20,000 bases of DNA. Source: an uncultured virus (IMG/VR IMGVR_UViG_3300025407_000887). Lineage: Duplodnaviria > Heunggongvirae > Uroviricota > Caudoviricetes. The notes below the pieces were generated by a model. That model was not told the origin of the DNA. It did no database searches and worked only from the letters and a program-made list of their open reading frames with translations. Both the position numbers and the translations under genes were made by a program. Below, in pieces: positions 16,043-20,000 of the stretch. Where the stretch lies: the IMG/VR virus record IMGVR_UViG_3300025407_000887. The stretch is one strand, 5' to 3'. The stretch's first letter is position 1. Each line of letters opens with the position of its first letter.

Positions 16043-16880
16043 AACCTCCGTCGATGTAACGATTTAAACTAAATTTATTCATTACATGGACATCCAATCC
16101 TGTAGTCTTAATAAGAGTATATTCGCCTAGATGACTTTTCTTTTCAATTAAGAATTTCATTTTATTATCATCTGTACTTACTAAAACATCCTTATCGGAT
16201 GTATATGTCATTTGTCCAGGTAATTCAATTACAAAATTACCTTCTGTTTTTCCATTAAAAATATGTATAGCAATACTGAACGCATAATCATTTCTAAAAG
16301 TGTTTGTCTCAATAGCATATAGAGTTCTGAAATAAACCCAATTATTTTTAATGTATTCAATCATATCAAAAAAAGATTGCATTAATATATTTTTATCAAA
16401 TATAAAAACACTTGCCCAATAAAAAGGAATGCTATAGGGATTTATTCTCTTAAATGCATCTTCATTTCTATCCGATGCTAGATCAAAACTTTTTCTGTAT
16501 ATTTGAAATTCGTATTGATTATGTAACGCAGGTTTTAAAATACTAGAATTTAAAATATAATCTGTATCCATGACCAATGTGCGATCGTAAGGCGATAAAT
16601 TATAAACACTGGTACGACTAAAATTTTTCCATTCGGACGTTACTCCTGTAATAGATCCGTCGAAAAATTTTCTTGTTTGGATTGGTCCTGTTGTGTCTAG
16701 TTCTATAACTTGATCAAACCCGTGATTAGGATAATTACTAGACAACCATCGTGTATTATCTGTAATTAAACTAACAGGAATATCTAAATATTTTTTAATT
16801 CTACTAGCGGCAAAAATTGCCATTTTGATGTAATCAATTTTAGAATTATTCTGTGCAATTAGTACAGCACCTATTGTCAT
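16032..16880 (-). CDS. Putative glycosyltransferase / nucleotide-diphospho-sugar transferase (GT8-like, pair B copy 1)
   Basis: DYIKMAIFAASRIK, VSLITD, SPYDRTLVMDTD (DxD), FRNDYAFSIA and HVMNK. Confidence 0.7.
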   Translation of the reverse strand: MTIGAVLIAQNNSKIDYIKMAIFAASRIKKYLDIPVSLITDNTRWLSSNYPNHGFDQVIELDTTGPIQTRKFFDGSITGVTSEWKNFSRTSVYNLSPYDRTLVMDTDYILNSSILKPALHNQYEFQIYRKSFDLASDRNEDAFKRINPYSIPFYWASVFIFDKNILMQSFFDMIEYIKNNWVYFRTLYAIETNTFRNDYAFSIAIHIFNGKTEGNFVIELPGQMTYTSDKDVLVSTDDNKMKFLIEKKSHLGEYTLIKTTGLDVHVMNKFSLNRYIDGGYGV

Positions 16881-17227
16881 AATTCAACTATGTCCGCAAT
16901 CTTTCTTTTACGTTTTAATTCATTATACTTTGCCGCATAATCGTTAGTTGATTCAAAATATACAAATACAATATCATTTAAAAATTTCTGTACGTCTTCA
17001 ATTAGTACAGGCAAATCATTAGAGTCGACAAATACTGCATCAGTTGTATATCCTAGATCAATAACTGTTTTAATAAACGTAATTAATTCAGAATTTATTT
17101 TGAATGCCGCACCGTTGGTATAATATACCAATTTTTGATTGTATTCTTCTAGTATTATTCTGCGTTGATTTGAAAGTGTAGCAGTATAATTGGCTACAGC
17201 AAACGCTTTTTCAATTCTCTCATCCAT
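16877..17227 (-). CDS. Hypothetical protein (MDERIEKA..., ~116 aa), possibly tail-fibre-assembly-chaperone-like
   Basis: GGAG lies 7 nt before ATG 17227; ATGA-coupled to the first GT gene. The chaperone idea rests only on position and size. Confidence 0.75.
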   Translation of the reverse strand: MDERIEKAFAVANYTATLSNQRRIILEEYNQKLVYYTNGAAFKINSELITFIKTVIDLGYTTDAVFVDSNDLPVLIEDVQKFLNDIVFVYFESTNDYAAKYNELKRKRKIADIVEL

Positions 17228-17248
17228 AAACAAACTCCGTAGTGTACT

Positions 17249-17277
17249 ATATTACACTAGTATAATTAGCTTGTCAA
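17249..17277 (-). promoter_or_regulatory. Sigma70-like promoter for the glycosyltransferase cassette
   Basis: On the - strand: TTGACA (17277-17272), 17-nt spacer, TAATAT (17254-17249). Overlapped by the 7-bp inverted repeat TAGTGTA-n6-TACACTA. Confidence 0.6.
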
Positions 17278-17281
17278 TGAT

Positions 17282-19120
17282 TTAGAATGATGAAACTTGG
17301 GCAACTGTCGGCAAATAACTATAAGTATTGATACCAGTTGTTTGGTTAGCTGTTACATGGCTGCCTGATGCATACGTGATATTGACTTGAGCGGCTACTG
17401 TGCCAGTAACGTCCTCATCTATATCAAAGGTATTTCCGCTACTCTTGTAAGTGTCTTCCGTTGCGGCTGTCGACAAATCTTGCAATTCAATTTTAAATGT
17501 TAATACACTACCGCCAGCATCTAATTTTGCCAATATGTCATATTGGTTTGGTGCATATAACACAGATCCTGAACTGCCTAAACTAGCTGTATATATAGTA
17601 ACATATGAACCGCCTTTATTTGCTAAAAAATAATTCCAGCCATTACTAGTATTTCCAGCAGTTGTTGTAGCAGAACGTGTGCCAGTTAAACCAAAAGAAA
17701 TAGTTCCCATGTTGTTTAACAATGTGTACCAGGAATCATTTTTATTTGCAGGTACAACTGTTGCAGGAGGATAAGTTGCAGGTATTGTTGCACTAGCAGT
17801 TGATGTTCCTGCTTCACTCATACTGGCAGTAAATTGTATTAGTCCGCCCGAATTAAAGAAATACTGTGCGGCTTGTGCGGCAGTATATGAACCTCCACCG
17901 CCGTATGTACCACCATTCCATGTCACTGTGAACACATTATTAATTGTTTGAATATTACTTTCAATAACGTTAAGATTGTACGTCATTGTCGTTGTAGCAA
18001 CTGATTGAGATATGTTAACTGAGTAACTTGTAGCAATAAATGGACGACTTGGAGAAGGTAATCCTGGTCCTCCCACTGACTGACTTAAATTGACATACCA
18101 TTGAGATCCGCCGGCAAAGCCATTAATAATTGTACCTTGCGTAACACCTCCGTAAGCATCTCCTGTTCCGCCGCCATACAACATCATATTAACAGCAAGA
18201 GTACCGCTTGTAATACTAGTAATAGTTAATGTACTATTGACAATATATCCTGAAAAAACACAAGTGTTTACCGATGTGATCTTTGTGCCAGATGCAACTC
18301 CAGAACCTGTTACTGTCATGCCTGCAACAAGAGATGCACTTGGAAATGCAGTTGTTGTCATTATATTTCCAACAATATATGCACTTGCTGTAGGGTTTGG
18401 GTTTGGATTTGTTATAGTTGATCCACCCCAAGGATACGATGAACCTACTCTATACGCAGTATACGGAAAATTATTTAAAGGAGAAGATAATCCTGTAGTG
18501 CTAGCTAGCATTGTGCCTGGAGGTGTTGCATAACATCCAGGATACGTGACTCCGTTCACAGTAGTACTACTAGAATTAGCTAATGCTGATGCTATTACAC
18601 CATATGCTATTTTATCAACTTCTCGAATGTCTGTGCTTGTTGTAGGTATTGTAAGAGCAGGACTAGTAGCTACACCTAACTGATGATAATTTAAATTTGT
18701 AATATCTAAATATAAATTATTCCAATCGCTTACTTTAACTTTACCTCCGGCACCTGCTAACTGAGAACTATTTAAAATTTGCCCGTAACCGGGATACACG
18801 CCACCACCCGAAGTATACACGCTCATAATATTATATACTATTGTTTGAATAGCATTATAATCTTCATAAACAATTGGTATCACAGTACCTGTGAACGTTG
18901 TTGGAGAACCCGAACTTCCTACTGTTTGACTAGTGCTAACAGTATAAGTTCCTGTACCTCCAGTTCCTGTACCTTGAGCAAGTATATAAGTACTATTTGC
19001 ACCAGCATTCCATGTAATAAGCATTGGCACTATTACAGGTTGGTTGGCAGTAACAGAGGTAACAGTTAATGTTGTCCCTGAAATATAACCAGAAAATGTT
19101 TCAGCTGTTGGAAAAGTCAT
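17282..19120 (-). CDS. Virion structural / fibre-like protein (612 aa), Ser/Thr/Gly-rich with repeated beta-domain
   Basis: Low charge and T/S/G-rich. Motifs GYGQ, WNNLYLDI...HQ and YFFNSGG. Three copies of an FSGYI..TLT.T...GT.I...Y.V..SQ.V unit. Confidence 0.75.
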   Translation of the reverse strand: MTFPTAETFSGYISGTTLTVTSVTANQPVIVPMLITWNAGANSTYILAQGTGTGGTGTYTVSTSQTVGSSGSPTTFTGTVIPIVYEDYNAIQTIVYNIMSVYTSGGGVYPGYGQILNSSQLAGAGGKVKVSDWNNLYLDITNLNYHQLGVATSPALTIPTTSTDIREVDKIAYGVIASALANSSSTTVNGVTYPGCYATPPGTMLASTTGLSSPLNNFPYTAYRVGSSYPWGGSTITNPNPNPTASAYIVGNIMTTTAFPSASLVAGMTVTGSGVASGTKITSVNTCVFSGYIVNSTLTITSITSGTLAVNMMLYGGGTGDAYGGVTQGTIINGFAGGSQWYVNLSQSVGGPGLPSPSRPFIATSYSVNISQSVATTTMTYNLNVIESNIQTINNVFTVTWNGGTYGGGGSYTAAQAAQYFFNSGGLIQFTASMSEAGTSTASATIPATYPPATVVPANKNDSWYTLLNNMGTISFGLTGTRSATTTAGNTSNGWNYFLANKGGSYVTIYTASLGSSGSVLYAPNQYDILAKLDAGGSVLTFKIELQDLSTAATEDTYKSSGNTFDIDEDVTGTVAAQVNITYASGSHVTANQTTGINTYSYLPTVAQVSSF

Positions 19121-19121
19121 A

Positions 19122-20000
19122 TTAGAGAGGATTTACTGTTGTAATGTTTGGCAAATAATTATAAACGTTTTGTCCGGTAGCATTTACCATAGTTACATAA
19201 TTACCAGAAGCGTAAGATATGTTTACTTCACTGGATAATGTTCCTGTAACATCCTCATCGATATCATAAGGATTAGTACCGCCTGAACCAAATGCAACTT
19301 GTTTATAGTAATCTTCAGTTCCTGCCGCTTGGAAAGATGTTCCAGATAATGTAGCTGTAATTAAATTACTAATTACAATGGGTGTGGCTGCCGTAGCATT
19401 ATTATAACTAGTGGCTAGTGTAACACTATTGTTACCGGCATTTACACTTGCTACATAATAAGTTGTTGCTGAAGATCCTGTGCCTCCAGTCAATCCATTT
19501 CCGCCAGTACCTGTTAATATAATAATTGTTCCTTGTAGTATGCTTGAAATATTGCCTTGCGAAATATTTAAAAATACTGAGCTAGGAGCACCTGTACTGG
19601 AAACTGTTCCTGTTACTGTAGGGAAACTACTTGATAAATCTTCAAAATCAATCTGGAATGTCAATTGATTTGCTTGAGCATTTAATTGTGCCCAAATTGT
19701 ATATTGGTTCGGTGCATATAAATTGGTACCTGGAGTACCTGCACTCTGTACAAATATTGGAGTAAATTGATTTCCAGCCTGTGATAGGAAATATTGCCAA
19801 CCATAACTAGTTCCAGTACCGCCCGATCCACTTTGTGTAACACCATAATAACTAAAATTAATAGTACCCATGTTGTTTAACAAGGTATACCATGAATAAT
19901 TTTTAGTACCAGTAGTAGGAATAGCACCGGCACTGGTAGGAATTGTAGGTGTTAATGTTCCTGGACTACTCATGCTGGCATTAAACTGTATACTACCACC
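19122..20000 (-). CDS. Partial (C-terminal part) paralogous virion structural protein; start lies beyond the window
   Basis: The frame stays open to the edge (GGSIQFNASM..., matching GGLIQFTASM of the neighbour). Shared blocks SWYTLLNNMGTI, LYAPNQY, DIDEDVTGT, VNI.YASG and Y.YLP. Confidence 0.8.
   Translation of the reverse strand, partial: GGSIQFNASMSSPGTLTPTIPTSAGAIPTTGTKNYSWYTLLNNMGTINFSYYGVTQSGSGGTGTSYGWQYFLSQAGNQFTPIFVQSAGTPGTNLYAPNQYTIWAQLNAQANQLTFQIDFEDLSSSFPTVTGTVSSTGAPSSVFLNISQGNISSILQGTIIILTGTGGNGLTGGTGSSATTYYVASVNAGNNSVTLATSYNNATAATPIVISNLITATLSGTSFQAAGTEDYYKQVAFGSGGTNPYDIDEDVTGTLSSEVNISYASGNYVTMVNATGQNVYNYLPNITTVNPL

Noticed and set aside
13729..19668. + strand ORFs in the - arm (13729, 14702, 17451, 18237, 18779, 19480)
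   Set aside because: They are antisense shadows of the GT and structural genes.
19971..19973. ATG 19973 as the start of the last gene
   Set aside because: The frame is open to the window edge and the preceding residues GGSIQFNAS align with the paralog, so this Met is internal.
1..20000. Alternative genetic code (TAG reassignment), considered because TAG ends only one called gene
   Set aside because: Genes tile the window almost without gaps under the standard code and no recognisable gene is broken by an in-frame TAG or TGA, so there is no evidence of recoding.
17282..20000. Diversity-generating retroelement TR/VR pair or CRISPR-like repeats suggested by the duplicated blocks
   Set aside because: The similarity is at protein level with many synonymous differences. 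There is no near-identical nucleotide repeat with adenine-specific mismatches, no reverse transcriptase and no regularly spaced repeats.

Overview
This window is a gene-dense, AT-rich segment of what is most likely a large (jumbo-type) tailed dsDNA phage genome. That is inferred from the many short hypothetical genes joined by ATGA/TAATG overlaps, a T4 RNase H-like 5'-3' nuclease, ThyX and fibre-like structural genes. The + strand arm (1-13097) encodes a type I phosphoribosyltransferase, GTP cyclohydrolase I (folE) and a QueE radical SAM enzyme with an atypical Cx3Cx36C cluster motif, which together suggest 7-deazaguanine precursor synthesis. It also encodes an RNase H/5'-3' exonuclease, a MoxR-like AAA+ ATPase paired with an HExxH-metallopeptidase/vWA protein, thyX and many hypothetical proteins. 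The converging - strand arm (13033-20000) has two paralogous Ser/Thr/Gly-rich structural proteins, one with a nested repeat architecture. These are followed by a separately promoted six-gene cassette with four glycosyltransferase-like genes in two paralogous pairs, a candidate virion-glycosylation system. Regulatory oddities are three consensus TTGACA/TATAAT promoters (the spacer of one is a perfect cUUCGg hairpin), an intrinsic terminator inside the antisense glycosyltransferase CDS, and T4-late-like TATAAATA boxes. No tRNA, rRNA, CRISPR array or mobile element was recognised. All product calls come from reading motifs by eye; no database searches were run.
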